Shown in pieces: positions 24,629-37,385 of a stretch of 64,000 nucleotides of DNA. This DNA comes from Chiloscyllium plagiosum (taxonomy: Eukaryota). The DNA lies in assembly GCF_004010195.1 (NCBI RefSeq), contig NC_057719.1, positions 12,847,872 to 12,911,871 on the forward strand, in the 5' to 3' direction. Both the position numbers and the translations under genes were made by a program. Under the pieces are notes generated by a model. It was not told the DNA's origin. It did no database searches and saw only the letters and a list, made by a program, of their open reading frames with translations. Positions within the stretch are counted from its first letter, which is position 1. Every line of letters starts with the position of its first letter.

Positions 24629-25920
24629 CAGGACATGGAAGATATAGAATTTTGGGAAATAGTTGGTAACATCTTGAAAAATGTCCATATTAAGGATGAG
24701 GACGTGCTGGATGTCTTGAAGTGCATAAAGGTGGATAAATCCCCAGTGCCTGAACAGGTGTATCCTCGAACTCTGTGGGAAGCTAGAGAACTGATTGTTG
24801 GGCCCCTTGCTGTGATATTTCTATCATTGATTGTCACACATGAGGCGCCAAAGGCTGGAGGTTGTCTAACATGGTACCACTGTTTAAGAAAGGTGGTAAG
24901 GACAAGCCAGGGAACTATAGAATGTTGAGCCTGATGTCAGTGGTGGGCAAGTTGTTGGAGGCAATCCTGAGGGACAGGATGTACATATATTTGAAAAGGC
25001 AAGGACTGATTAGGCATAGTCAACATGGCTTTGTGTGTGGGAAATCATGTCTCACAAACTTGGTTGAGTTTTTTGAAGAAGTAACAAAGGGGATTGATGA
25101 GGGAAGAGCGGTTGATGTGATCTATATGGACTTCAATAAGGCATTCAACAAGGTCCCCCATGGGAGACTGGTTAGCAAGGTTAGATCTCATGGAATTGAG
25201 GGAGAACTAGCCAGGGACAATTAGTAAGGTCCTAGGGGAGTGTTGCTGAACAACGAGACCTTGGAGTGCAGGTCCATAGCTTCTTGAAAGTACAGTCGCA
25301 GGTAGATAAGATAGTGAAGAAGGTGTTTGGTATGCTTTCCTTTATTGGTCAGCGTATTGAGTACAGGAGTTGGGAGGTCATGTTGCTGCTGTACAGGACA
25401 TTGATTAGGCCACTTTTGGATTTTTGCATGCATTTCTGGTCTCCTTCCTATCGGAAGGTTGTGAAATTTGAAAGAGTTCAGAAAAGATTCACAAGGATAT
25501 TGCCAGGGTTGGAGGATTTGAGCTATAGGGAGAGGATGAACAGGCTGGGGCTGTTTTCCCTGGACAAAATTGTGAGGGGCATGGATAGGAAAAATAGACA
25601 AAGTCTTTTTCCTGAGGTAAGGGAGTCCAGAACTAGAGGGCATAGGTTTAGGGTGAGAGGGGAAATATATAAAAGAGACCTAAGGGGCAGTGTTTTCACA
25701 CAGAGGGTGGTACGTGTGTGGAATGAGCTGCTAGAGGAAGTGATGGAGGCTGGTACAATTGCAACATTTAAAAGGCATTTGGATGGGTATATGAATAGGA
25801 AGGATTTAGGAGGGATATGGGCCAAGTTCTGGCAAATGGGACTAGATTGGGTTGGGATATCTGGTTGGCATGGACAAGTTGGAACGAAGGGTCTGTTTCT
25901 GTTCTCTACATCTCTATGAT
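24629..25920 (+). mobile_element. CR1 LINE RT fragment with 3' end
   Basis: PLFKKGGKDKPGNYR, QHGFVCGKSCLTNLVEFFEEV, VDVIYMDFNKAFNKVPH, then C-terminal CR1 motifs and tail. Confidence 0.92.
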
Positions 25921-26178
25921 ATCACTTACAGCCTCATCCATCTGGTCTACTTCTCCTATTTTGCAACTGGGTGAGAAATTTTAAAGTGAAGATGTGAGTA
26001 ATATGTCAATGTGATTGAATGTCTGCAAGGGATATTGCTGAGAAAATGGTTGAATCCTACATGCTGTTTCTGATAAGATCTTCCAAAAGGGTAATAAAAA
26101 ATAGCTTTCTTTTATTCTTTTATGTAATAAACTCATATTCTTTTCTTAAAAGTACATTGGCTGCCTCATGTGAGTATA

Positions 26179-26447
26179 GTTAAAAATCACACAACACCAG
26201 GGTATAGTCCAACAGGTTTATTTGGAAGCTCTAGCTTTTGAAGTGCTGCTCTTTCATCAGCACATAAGACACAGAATTTATAGCAAATATTTACAGTGAG
26301 ATGTAACTGAAATTATATATTGAATAAGTCCCGGATTGTTGTGAAGTCTCCGAAAGCTAGTGCTTCCAAATTAACGTGTTGGACTATAACCTGGTGTTGT
26401 GTGATTTTTAACTTTGTACACCCCAGTCCAACACCGGCATCTCCAAA
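26179..26447. mobile_element. Palindromic PLE derivative, family B, 13-bp TSD
   Basis: Inverted termini; TSD TCATGTGAGTATA (26166-26178) / TCATGTGAATATA (26448-26460). Confidence 0.8.
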
Positions 26448-27359
26448 TCATGTGAATATATTCAGTGATTGGTAACCATTTTGCAAAAGTACAACTCACG
26501 GTGAAAAGAGAAACAGAATTTAAAAACATTTCAGTATGCGGTCCTTACTTTAGCTGCAATTGTGCGTCTCATTTCTGCATTTAGTGTTTGTGAGTACTAC
26601 AATGATCTCCATGGCATTCATTGCTACGCTCCAGTAGAACTTGTTTTATTTAATAGGGAGTGGGCATCACCGGGAAGGCCCAGCATTTGTTGCCCGTCCC
26701 TAATTGTCCTTGATCTGAGAGGTTTGTTGGGGGCCTCTTCGGAGCTTATTTAAGGGACAACATTACTGTGGATCTGTAGGCCAGACCAGATATGGAAAGC
26801 AGATTTTCCTCCCTAAAGGGCATTAGTGAACCAGATGGATTTATACAATTGTTGTCACTGAGACTCACTTTTAATTCCTGAGTTTATTTTTTGAATTTAA
26901 ATTCCACCTGATACTGTGGTGGGAGCTGATTCCTGACCTTTAGCCTCGTTCTCTGGAGTGCAGTGACTATATCACTCTACAACCCTCTCCCTCACAATTG
27001 ACTGTGTGCTTTGGAAGATCCCATAAGTTGAGTTCAAAAGAGCAGGCTCATTATAACAGAAGGAAAATTTTTCGTTTGTGGAAATCATAAAGTCATCAGA
27101 GTGGTTAAAAAAAATCTTAAGCCCCCTTTCAGCAGTCTCAAAATGATCAAGGTCAGAGAGAAAAAATAATGAGTTAGCCTGGGTCTCAGGGAGAAGCAGT
27201 AATTGAGGAAATCACTAAAATACAATTAAGAATTATGGATACTGGAACGCTGAAACAAAAACAGAAATTGCTGGAGAGATTCAGCTGGTCTGACCGCATC
27301 TGTGGAGAGAAAGCAGAGTTATTGTTTAAAGTCTAGTGATCCTTCTTCAGAATTTCAGA

Positions 27360-27763
27360 TGGGGGAAATCACGTCTGATGAATGTGCAGGAACTCCTTAA
27401 AAGGACATCACTTGCAGCCCTATCTATCGAGGATCCAAATGATCTACCTCTGCTCCTATTATGTAACTGATTAAGAAATTTTAAAGCAAAGATGTCAGTG
27501 ATATCTCAATGTGGTTGAGTGTCTGCAAAGGATGTTGCTGGGAAAATGGTTGAATTTGTTTTGCTGTTTATGGTAAGATTTTCCAAAATTGTCATAAAAA
27601 TTCTTTGGTTTTTATTCTTTAGTGTAATAAACTTATGTTCTTTTCTTACATCACGTGGCTACCAATAACTTGTAACTAAATTGCAAAAGTAAAACTAATG
27701 GGGTGACAAGCCAACTTTGATTGTGGAATTTGAATTTGACTTACCATCATTTGGGACCATGAC
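27360..27763 (+). mobile_element. LTR-like repeat; second copy at about 24583-26500, split by CR1 and PLE insertions
   Basis: Aligns by eye with 24583-24634 plus 25921-26178; contains tgtaataaact and ends ...ATGACA; resembles the LTR-like segments at 13.7 and 15.2 kb. Confidence 0.55.
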
Positions 27764-27876
27764 AGGCTCCTTTTTTTGAAATCCTCTTTACCTTCCTGTT
27801 AGGTGCCACCTGCAAAACAATCAGGTACTTGTTCTGACAAGGATTAACCCTTTCCTTTCTGATTTCTCACGAACAG

Positions 27877-27973
27877 TGAACTGCATTGACCGCCATGTCC
27901 ACACCTCTCCAGACAAAGTGGCTTTAATCTGGGAGAGAGATGAGCCTGGTGCTCAAGTGAAGATTACCTACAG
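27877..27973 (+). CDS. ACSS1: ACSS1 coding exon 2
   Basis: Pyrimidine tract plus acceptor gaacAG|TGAAC; encodes (V)NCIDRHVHTSPDKVALIWERDEPGAQVKITY(R); donor AG|GTCAGT; 97 nt. Too short for the ORF track. Confidence 0.93.
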
Positions 27974-28224
27974 GTCAGTTTAAAGTGCCGTATGTGCAAA
28001 TTATTAGGCTTGATAACAAACCCGGAGAATTGAAAAGCAGAGTATTTTTTTAAAAACGGCGGCTAGGTTGCAGAATGTTGATGTTCAGAGAGTTTGCTGT
28101 GCACAAGGTATGCAGAAAGTTAGTAGACAGGAGCATCAAGCAATTAGGAAGGCAAATGGAATATTGGCCTTTATTGCACAGAGATTGGAATAAATGAATA
28201 AAGAAGCCTTATTACATTTTTAAA

Positions 28225-28558
28225 AATCATTCGTGGTATCTGGATGTCACTAGCTCGGCTAACATTTATTATCCAGCCCGAACAACCTAGAAAGCAGTTA
28301 AGTGTCAACCACATTGCTGTGGGTCTACAGTCACCAGGTAAAGCTGACAGATTTCCTTCCCTAAAGGACATTAGTGAACAATATGGGTGTTTCCTGACGA
28401 TCGACTCATGGTCATCATTGGATTCTTAATTCCAAATATCTATTGAATTCAAATTCCACTGCCTTCCAAGGTGGGATTCGAGCCCAGGTTCCCAGAATGT
28501 TACGTGGATCTCTGGACGTGTGGTCCAACGATAATACCACTAATTCCCTGTCTCCCCA
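28225..28558 (-). mobile_element. SacSINE1/DeuSINE-like SINE (similar copies near 26650, 39480, 40230, 45790, 54015, 55930)
   Basis: tRNA-like head on the minus strand (cctgggctcgaatcccacc) and shared body ttccttccctaaaggacattagtgaac, aaccacattgctgtgggt. Family name from recall. Confidence 0.6.
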
Positions 28559-29619
28559 GGGCTTTTGTGAGGCCCCATTTGGAGCACTCTGTGCAGATTT
28601 CTTCTCTATCTTTGTAGAAGGGTCCACTCGCCTTGGAGAAGGTACAGCAAGGGTTCACTGGGTTAGCTGGTACAATGTGCCCAGGTTGAACGTTCCCCGG
28701 CTCAGAATGAAATTCCGGTTTGCTGCTTGTTCCTTTGGACCTCCACCTTGGATACTGAGGACCAATAGCTCAGGGCATGCTCCATGAGCACTGACTGCAC
28801 TCTCTCCACATCTGCCATGACCTCCAGGGTAGGGTGCCAATTTGAGGCAAATGACAGGGGCAGCAGCAGATGACCAGAACTTTCCACATGTACTTCAGAG
28901 TTGGCACCACCTCCAGGAGGTCCTGACAGTAGCAAATACTTCTGCCTGTAGTTCATGGGAAAATCCAGTGAATGGGGCATCACAGGGACACAGTGAAGGG
29001 GTGAGCTTGGGCAGAGAATGTGAGGAAACTTGCTTGGGCTCATGGAGAGGAAACTCTCTGTATACCCCAGCAAAAACAACACTAAGCTGACACCTGTTAA
29101 AACTCAGCCCGAGAGGGTTTCCCTGTGTTGAATGGCCAAATAAATTGGAGCTGATATTCTCCGGGAGTTTGGAAGGATATGAGGCAATCTCACTGAGGCA
29201 CACACCAGGGGCTTGATAGGGTAGGGCTGGTGCTTTAGGACTGAGACGTGAGGTGTTGCCCATGAGTGTATTGAATGGCAGAGCAGACTCAATGGGCCAA
29301 ATGGCCTATTCTTGCTATTATCTCTTATGATCTGAAAAAGGAAAAGACAAGAAAAGGTATTTTTGTTTCTTTAGCATCTTTCATAACTACTATAGCTCAT
29401 GCAGCACGTTGAAAGTGCAATCATTGTTGGAGGAAAGGAACCAAGCAATTTGTACACTGCAAGCTCCCACAAATAGTAGTGAGATAGTGGCCAGAGAAGT
29501 TGTGCTTCTCAGTGATGTTGGTTGACGGATGAAATACTGCGGCAGGATGTTAGGGAGGACTCTTTTGAGTATTGCAACACGTCCACCCTGACAAAGCAAA
29601 CTAGCTCTTTGTTCGTTCT

Positions 29620-30156
29620 CAAAACCAGAAAGTGGTGAAGAAGCTCAGCAGGTCTGGCAGCACCTGTAGAGAGAAAGCAGAGTTAACATTTTGGGTTGAG
29701 TGACCCATCCTCAGAACTGATGGTAGCTAGGAAGATGTCAGTTTATATGCAGAAGATAGGGTGGGAGGAGGGGGTGAGGAGTAAAAGATTGAGCCCAAAG
29801 AGAGAGAGGGACAGTTGGACAGACAAAGGAGTGGATAGTTATTTGGCTCGGAGGGGGAGTAGCTATTAATGGGCACTGTTAGTGGCTAACAATAGGTTGT
29901 GTGTAATAGCAGACTATGTGATAACAAGGCTTGATGTGTAGGGGTTGGGATAAGAACATAGGAGAGCTCAAGCCCTAAAGTTATTGAACTAGATATTGAG
30001 CCCGAAAGGCTCTAAGGTCCCCAAGTGGAACATGAGTTGTTGTTCTTCCAGTTTCTGCTGAGCTTTGCTGGAGCACTGCAGCAAGCCTGAGACAGAGATG
30101 CTGGCCAGGGAACAGGATGGGGTGTTAAAGTAGCAGGCAGCTGGAAGCTCAGAGTC
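29620..30156 (-). mobile_element. PLE 3' fragment (family C, Neptune-like): GIY-YIG C-terminal remnant plus terminal repeat
   Basis: Minus 30156-29968 translates DSELPAACYFNTPSCSLASISVSGLLQCSSKAQQKLEEQQLMFHLGTLEPFGLNI*FNNFRA*, followed by a C-rich tract and a decayed hammerhead-like core near 29680-29715. Confidence 0.75.
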
Positions 30157-30551
30157 TTTGGTCTATTCTCTTCTGGCTGATGATATCTCCAACAATGTAG
30201 CACTCACTCAGTACTGCACTGTAATACCAGCCTAGTCACTGGACTGCGGATTGAAATCAGCACTTTCTGAGAGTGCTCCCTGATGATTGTAGTGATTGTA
30301 GTTGTCCAAATGAAGTTGCTGAGCAGCCACAGACATGTCAACAATCTTGGCAACTTCAGTTTCGTCCTGGGAGTGAGAAAGACTAGCATCATTTCGGCCA
30401 TTGCAATTGTTGTACATGAACGACAGGCAGGAGATTGTCAGATCATCAGTCTTCAGCTGCAGAGAGACTTGCCGGCTGTCCTTACGAAGATGATGGGTGG
30501 CTCGCAGGTCATCTGAATGTGCTGCACTCACTTCTTATTCTGTATATCCAG

Positions 30552-30751
30552 GCAGCTCCTGGAGGTGACCTGTCGTCTGGCCAACACTCTGAAAAGGCAT
30601 GGTGTCCGCAAAGGAGATCGGGTGGTCATCTACCTACCAGCCTCACCAATCGCAGTGGCATCGATGCTGGCCTGTGCCCGTATTGGAGCCGTACACACTG
30701 TGGTGTTTGCGGGATTCAGTGCAGAAGCTTTGGCTGATAGGATTCGAGATG
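30552..30751 (+). CDS. ACSS1: ACSS1 coding exon 3
   Basis: Acceptor tcc[69 protein letters not shown]; donor G|GTGAGA; 200 nt. Confidence 0.95.
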
Positions 30752-31184
30752 GTGAGAGACCATCCCTTATATTTCTCTTTCTTTTCCTCACTTTCTTTAC
30801 AAGTTCAGTCGGTTTAAGTTTTTAAAACTCCACCCCTTTTATTTAAAGATAACTGTCCAGGACCTTTTGCTACATTTTGCCAGTGTCTCACATTGGAAAA
30901 TACGAAGCTGTAATTGGGAAGCAGCTACAGAATTCAGTGCAAATTGTTGTGGTATCTCCGGACAATTATATAGGGGTGGACACAAGAGAGTATTCTGACT
31001 TCTTCCAGCTGTTAAAAGGGGCAGGGTCAATCTCAGATGGTTAGTCTTGTCAACATTGAGTCGGAGGTGAATGAACATGCATAGGGCCTTATGTCCAATA
31101 GGAATAGACAAACTCAATGCAGCTTTTAGCGTCTGGAAAGACCATTGACCTAAAAAGGTTAACTCTATTTCTCTCCACAGATTT

Positions 31185-31735
31185 AAAAAAACACACAGCA
31201 CCAGGTTATAGTCCAACAGGTTTATTTAGAAGTACGAGCTTTTGGAATTCTGCTCCTTCAACAGGTGGTTGTGGAGTACAAGATCATAAGACACAGAATT
31301 TATAGCAAAACATTACAGCATCATGCAGCTGAACTGATAAACCTAGATTAAGTCTTTCATCGTTTACAATGGGTTTACTCATTTTATTCTTTAATATGTA
31401 AATCCCAGAACTGCTTTTAAGTGACATTCTCAAGATAACTTCAGGTTTTCTAACAGTAGGTGCCATCTCAGCTCAGACAGTGCATCAACGGTGTGAGGTT
31501 CAAGTCTATCTCCGTCCCAATCTTGAGTCAGACTGGTTCTATTTCTAAAATGGGATTTATAGAATATTACGTGGATTGACTGTAGGTTATGCCTTTTTTG
31601 AGCAAACTAGAATTTATTTGCAAATATAATTTTGCAGGTACAAAGTCATCCCATAAACCTATTTGTGTGCTCAAAAAATGCGCAACCTACAGTCAATTTC
31701 AGCGACATGATGATGTGATCTTTTGCTATAAACAC
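31185..31735 (-). mobile_element. PLE family B long terminal repeat with a short inverted arm
   Basis: Homologous to 51731-52210; 31697-31733 is roughly the reverse complement of 31299-31333. Confidence 0.7.
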
Positions 31736-34240
31736 TGTGAGTTCTTGCATTTTGGAACGTCAAGTCAAGGTAGGGGTTTCATGGTGAATGGTAGGGCCTT
31801 AAGGAGTGTAGTGGAACAGAGGGACTTTGGAATTCAGGTGCACGGTTCTCTGAATATGGAGTCACAGGTAAATAGGGCAGTGAAGAAGGCTTTTGGCACA
31901 CTGGCCTTCGTCAGTCAGGGCATTGAGAAGAGAAGGTGGCAAGTTATGTTGCAGTTGTACAGGATGTTGGTGAGGCCGCACTTGGAGTATTGTGTTCAGG
32001 TTTGGTCACCTTGCTATAGGAAGGATATTATTAAACTGGAAAGAGTGCAGAAGAAATTTACAAGAATATTGTCACGACTCAATGGTCTGAGTTCCAGGAA
32101 GAGGCTCAACAAGCTTAAGAGGTATAGTTAGTAAGTTTGCAGATGACGCCAAAATCGGAGGTGTAGTAGACAATGAAGAAAGTTACCTCAGAGTACAACA
32201 ACGGGATCTTGATCAGATGGGCCAATGGGCTGAGGAGTGGCAGATGGAGTTTAATTTAGATAAATGCGAAGTGGTGCATTTTGGGAAGCAAATCTTAGCA
32301 GGACTTATACATTTAATGATAAGGGCCTAGGGAGTATTACTGAACAAAGAGACCTTGGAGTGCAGGTTCATAGCTCCTTGAAAGTAGAGTCGCAGGTAGA
32401 AAGGATAGTGAAGAAGGTGTTTGGTATGCTTTCCTTATTGGTCAGAGTATTGAGTACAGGAGTTGGGAGGTCATGTTGCGGCTGTACAGGTCATTGGCTA
32501 GGCCATTGTTGGAATATTGTGTGCAATTCTGGGCACACAGAAGGTGGTAGGCATATGGAATGAGCTGCCAGCAGAAGTGGTTGTGAAACCTGAAAGGGTT
32601 CAGAAAAGATTTACAAGGACGTTGCCAGGTTTGGAGGATTTGAGCTATAGGGAGAGGTTGAATAGGCTGGGGCTGTTTTCCCTGGAGCGTTGGAGGCTGA
32701 GGGGTGATCTTATAGAGGTTTATAAAATCATGAGGGGCATTGGGTTGGGATATCTGGTCGGCATGGACAGGTTGGCCGTGCGATACATCTCTATGACTCT
32801 ATGACTCTAAGCTCGGACATCTTTCTTCAGAGAGTAGGAGACTGAGGGGGCATGTTATAGAATTGTGTAAGATCATGAGAGGCATGAAGCAGATGAATGC
32901 ACTCAGTCTTTTTCACAGGATTTGGGAATCGAAGACTAGAGGACATTAGTTTAAAATGAGAGGGGAAAGAATAAAAGGGAACCTTAAGGGCACACAGAAG
33001 GTGGTAGGCATATGGAATGAGCTGCCAGCAGAAGTGGTTGAGGCAGGTACATGAACAACATTTAAAAAGCATTTGGACAAATACATGGGTAGGAAAGGAT
33101 TAGAAAGATATGGGCCAAGTACAGGAAATGGGGTTAGAGCGGACAGACGTTTTAGTCAGCATGGGCCAGTTTGGGCCAAAGGGCCTCCATGCTGTAAGAA
33201 TGTTTTTAGAAAAAGGGGAATGTCATGTCTTGCTCACTTAATTGTTTTTTTGAGGAACTAACAAGGAAGATGGATGAGGATAGTTGTGGCTGATGCTGTC
33301 ACCATGGATTTTACTAAGTCTTTTGACAAATTTCCACACGGCAGACTCATCAGAAAAGTTAAAGCCAATGGAAGAATGGGAATGTGGCAAGTTGAATCCA
33401 AAATTAGCTCAGTGACAGGAAATAGTGGGTAATGGGCCATTGGCTGTGTTTGCAAATGGAGAATGGATTCCAGTGGAATTCCACTAGGATTGTCATGGGT
33501 CCCTTGTTCTGTTTGGTATATATTACTGATTTGGAACTGATTGGAAAATTTACAGATCACCCAAAACTTGGCCAAAGAGTTGATAGAGGATGGCTGTCAA
33601 CTGCAGGACGATATCAATGGTTTGGTTGAACGGGAGGAAAAGGGACAAATGGAGTTCTGTCCAGAGAAATGCAAGGTTATGTGGTCGGGAAGAGCAGACT
33701 AAACAAGAGAATACTGTAAACAGAAGAGTATTGAGAGGGATAGAGAAACTTTGGAGTGCATGTTCGCAGCTCCTGGAAGGTGGCAGGGCAAGTAGATAAG
33801 GTGGTAAGGAAGACCATATGGGACGCTTTCCTACATCGTGTGAGATGTTGAATATAAGAGTGGGTACATAATGCTGGAAAAGCACTAACACTGACTATAT
33901 AAGATACTGGCTAGGCCGCAGCTATCAGTTTAGTGAGCAATTCTGGTCTTTACTTTTCAGGAAGGACATCATTTCTCTGGAGAGAATGCAGAGGAGAGTT
34001 ATGAGAATGTTGCCAGGGCTTGAAGATTGCAGCTCTGAGGAAAGATTGGATAGATTAGGGTTGTTTTCCTGAGAATAGTGTGGGGTGACTTAATTGAGGT
34101 AGACAAAATAATGAGAGGCTTGGATAAGGTGGACAGGAAATATCTGTTTCCCCCAAATACTTAAGGTGATTGGCAGAAGGTTTAGAGGGAACATGCAGAG
34201 AAACGTTTTCGCCCAGAGTGCAGTGGGGTGTCTGGAATTT
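31736..34240 (+). mobile_element. Nested and tandem CR1 LINE fragments
   Basis: Several successive CR1 C-terminal blocks (HFG, QRDLGVQVH, RPHLEYCVQ, KFADD at about 32133); a younger copy at 32118-32808 is inserted in an older one. Confidence 0.85.
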
Positions 34241-34462
34241 AACAGCGAAAAAGGATCACCAGACTCAAAATGTTAATGCTGTTTCTCTGCTGATGCTGCC
34301 AGACCAGCTGCGTTTCTCCAGCACTTTCTGTCCTGGTTCCAAGCTTTCTTTGGGATTTGTCCTCATGCTGTCTGGCTCTGGCCAGTGGGAATAATATATA
34401 AACCGTAAACCGTTTTTACTGAATACTGTAATCCTCTAATGATTGTGTTCTCATTTTCAAAG

Positions 34463-34638
34463 CACAGTGTGAGACCGTGATCACTGCCAACCAGGCTCTG
34501 AGGGGTGGACGGGTCATCAATTTGAAGAAAACTGTGGATCAAGCAGTGAAACAGTGTCCTTCAGTCAAGCGAGTGCTTATCGCAACAAGAACAGAGAACA
34601 AGGTCCCAATGTCAGATATTGACATTCCCCTCGAGGAG
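34463..34638 (+). CDS. ACSS1: ACSS1 coding exon 4
   Basis: Acceptor ttttcaaAG|CA; (A)QCETVITANQALRGGRVINLKKTVDQAVKQCPSVKRVLIATRTENKVPMSDIDIPLEE; donor GAG|GTAGGT; 176 nt. Confidence 0.93.
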
Positions 34639-35124
34639 GTAGGTGGCTGGGATGCAAAAAAACAACTAGCTGGCACTTTTAATTTCCTTGTCACAGATCA
34701 TGAAATATTCACATGCATCCCTGCACAACCTCAAGCCAAAGACCCAATTATGCTCTCAGGCTGTGTAGTCGCCATCACAATGCAGCAGTTTGTGTACAGA
34801 GCGGCTTGTGATAATGATCAGGTTTTAGGTGTTGTTTACATCAGGTTTAACAGTAACAATCCTTCCTCTTTGCATGTTCTAATTTAGAAATAGAAAATCT
34901 TTCCTCCTGGAGATATGAGCATTACTGGCAGGGCCTATGTTTTTTAGGTTAGGTGGTGAGCTGCCATCTTGAAGATCTGCATGTGGTGCAGACACTGCCC
35001 CAGTGATTTGTTGTAACTGAGTGGGTTGCTAAGTCATTTCAGAAGGAAAGTGATGTGGAATCCATAAGACCCAGGGGCAGAAGTAGGCCACTCAGCTTAC
35101 TGTGGCGACCCAGCCTGAAGACTT

Positions 35125-35406
35125 AGAATCGTAGAATCCCTACATGGAAGCCATTCAGCTCATCGAGTCTACACTGACCCTCCATCAACATCTCACCCAG
35201 ACCCAAACACCCACCCTATCCCTGTAACTCTGTATTTACCATGGCCAATCCACTTAACATGCACATCTTTGGACTGTGGGAGGAAACCAGAGCAAAGCCA
35301 CATAGTCACGGGGAGAATGTGCAAACTCAACACATACAATCGCCCAAGGGTGGAATCGAACCCAGGTTCCTGGCACTGTGAGGCAGCAGTGCTAACCACT
35401 GAGTCA
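35125..35406 (-). mobile_element. HE1-like V-SINE
   Basis: Family match as above. Confidence 0.8.
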
Positions 35407-35892
35407 CTAGAAGGGCATTATGTTCCAGATCGATTTTTAAGCAGCAAACGTATAGTCTCACCGTCACCATAATCAACATTTTATTCCACATTTCATTACG
35501 TTGAGATTTCCCTAAGATTCCATGGTGGGATTTGAACTCTTACCTCCAAAGCATTGGTTTAGGTCTCTAGGTTACCGGTCTGGAAACATTACCGCTTGGC
35601 TACCATCGGCCTCTACATCTGTTTGAGAGGATGGGCAAGACCTCAGTATAATGATTCATCTAACAAGATGGCACCTCCAATGGAGCAGCACACTCTCACT
35701 GGAGCAAGTCTCTGGTATGTGCTACAATCCCTGGAGCAGACTGTTTTCATTAGAGCAATGTTTAAGTCAGGCCCTGGTGACAGGAAAGCATGGAGGCCTG
35801 CAGTAAGGCCCGTGAATATGTAAAGGGTTAAATGTCCACTTGAGCATCTTGGCATCTAGAAAATGGGTGTTGAGAGCATGATGGAGGAAATG

Positions 35893-36072
35893 CACAGCAG
35901 ATCAGGAAGCATCCGAGGAGAAGGAGAATCAACGTTTCGGGCAAGAGCCCTTCATCAGGAATGAGGCCTGAAACGTCGATTCTCCTGCTCCTCGGATGCT
36001 GCCTGACTTGCTGTGCTTTTCCAGCACCACACTCTCAACTCTGATCTCCAGCATCTGCAGTCCTCACTTTCA
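35893..36072. mobile_element. Palindromic PLE derivative, family A
   Basis: gcacagcagatcagg...aacgtttc / gaaacgtcg...gctgtgc arms; flanking AGGAAATG repeat; minus-strand core ctgatgaagggctcttgcccgaaacgtt. Confidence 0.78.
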
Positions 36073-36589
36073 TATAGGAAATGGGCTCAGTCTGCCCCGT
36101 CATTGATTCTGTACATGGGAAAGGAACTGAGCCAAAAGGTTCCGGTTCAGGCAGCAACCCTCAACAACAGGCTACACTGTGTTCTGTGAATTTACTCCCA
36201 CAATCTCAGACCACAGGATCTGACAGAGTGTTTGATTATCGCTGCCATTTTTCAGACTGGTGTAACTGTCAGCCCCTTACAGAGTCAGACAGTTTAATCA
36301 TTTTTTCAGTCGAGCTGCTGTGTCTGGCTTTCTTTCGTTTGCAAAACGCTTTGGCTGATCACACAGGGTTACCATCAACCCTTCTCCTCCCCCTCCTCTT
36401 CCCCTTCTGCTGATAGCGACAGCCATGTTTTGCTCACTGGGTGGGCGGGCCGAGACCCCTAATGGAGACGGTGCTAAAGCGATAGGTCACTTCTGTGAAA
36501 GGCAAAAGTTTCAGATAGTTTTATCCCGGTATCTTTATGGCTCCGTTGATTTTATATATTGCACGGCTAAAGAATGGCTTATTTTCCAG

Positions 36590-36742
36590 GAAATGATGAA
36601 AGAAGAAGCAGCCTGTGAACCCGTTGCCATGGAGAGTGAGGACATGTTGTTCCTGTTGTACACGTCAGGGAGCACAGGGAAACCGAAGGGTGTGGTACAC
36701 ACACAGGCAGGTTTCCTGCTGTACGCGGCTCTCACACATAGG
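36590..36742 (+). CDS. ACSS1: ACSS1 coding exon 5 (AMP-binding P-loop)
   Basis: Acceptor ttttcc[56 protein letters not shown]; donor AGG|GTGAGT; 153 nt. Confidence 0.95.
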
Positions 36743-36959
36743 GTGAGTAAAGGCTGAGAAGGCGGCTGCTAATGTGGGAAATCTGAAACCATGACACAAA
36801 ATGCCGGAAACATATGCTGAGGTCAGTTAGGACGTATGAGAAAACTTCGTGTTTAAAAGGTGGATCCTTGACATTGGAAAAAGAAGCATTCATGGCCATT
36901 CAGCCTAATTAGCATTTCAATTCCTCCTTTAAATATTTGGTCGAAAGGGAGCAGAGTAT

Positions 36960-37385
36960 AGGGTGAATATATGGTAATAGGGTGGAATGGGAGTGGGGTG
37001 TGGAGGGGAATGGGAATGGGGTTTGGGATGGAAATGGAATGGGAAGTGGTATGGAATGGGAATGGGGAGATGGAATGGAATGGGAATGAGGCGTAGGTTG
37101 GAATGGGAGTGAGTTGTGGAGAGGAATGGGATTGGGTTGTGGAGAGAAATGGGATTGGGGTCTGCGATGGAATGGTAGTGGGGTTTGAGATAGAATGGGA
37201 ATGGGAGGTGGGATAGAATGGGAGTGGGGTGTGCAGAGGAATGGGAATGGGTTGTGGAGAGGAATGGGAATGGGGTCTGCGATGGAATGGTAGTGGGGTT
37301 TGGGATAGAATGGTAGATGGGAGAGAATGGGAGTGGGGTGTGGAATGGAATGGGAATATGGTGTGAGATGAATGGGAGTAGGGTG
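36960..37385. repeat. G-rich (GGAAT/GGGAAT)n-like low-complexity tandem repeat
   Basis: Repeated ggaatgggaatggg units with larger internal duplications (gggtctgcgatggaatggtagtggggtttg x2). Confidence 0.85.

Noticed and set aside
24605..25919. Intact autonomous CR1 reverse transcriptase gene
   Set aside because: Frameshifts, an internal deletion of the catalytic region and 5' truncation; the CR1 copies here are all fragments.
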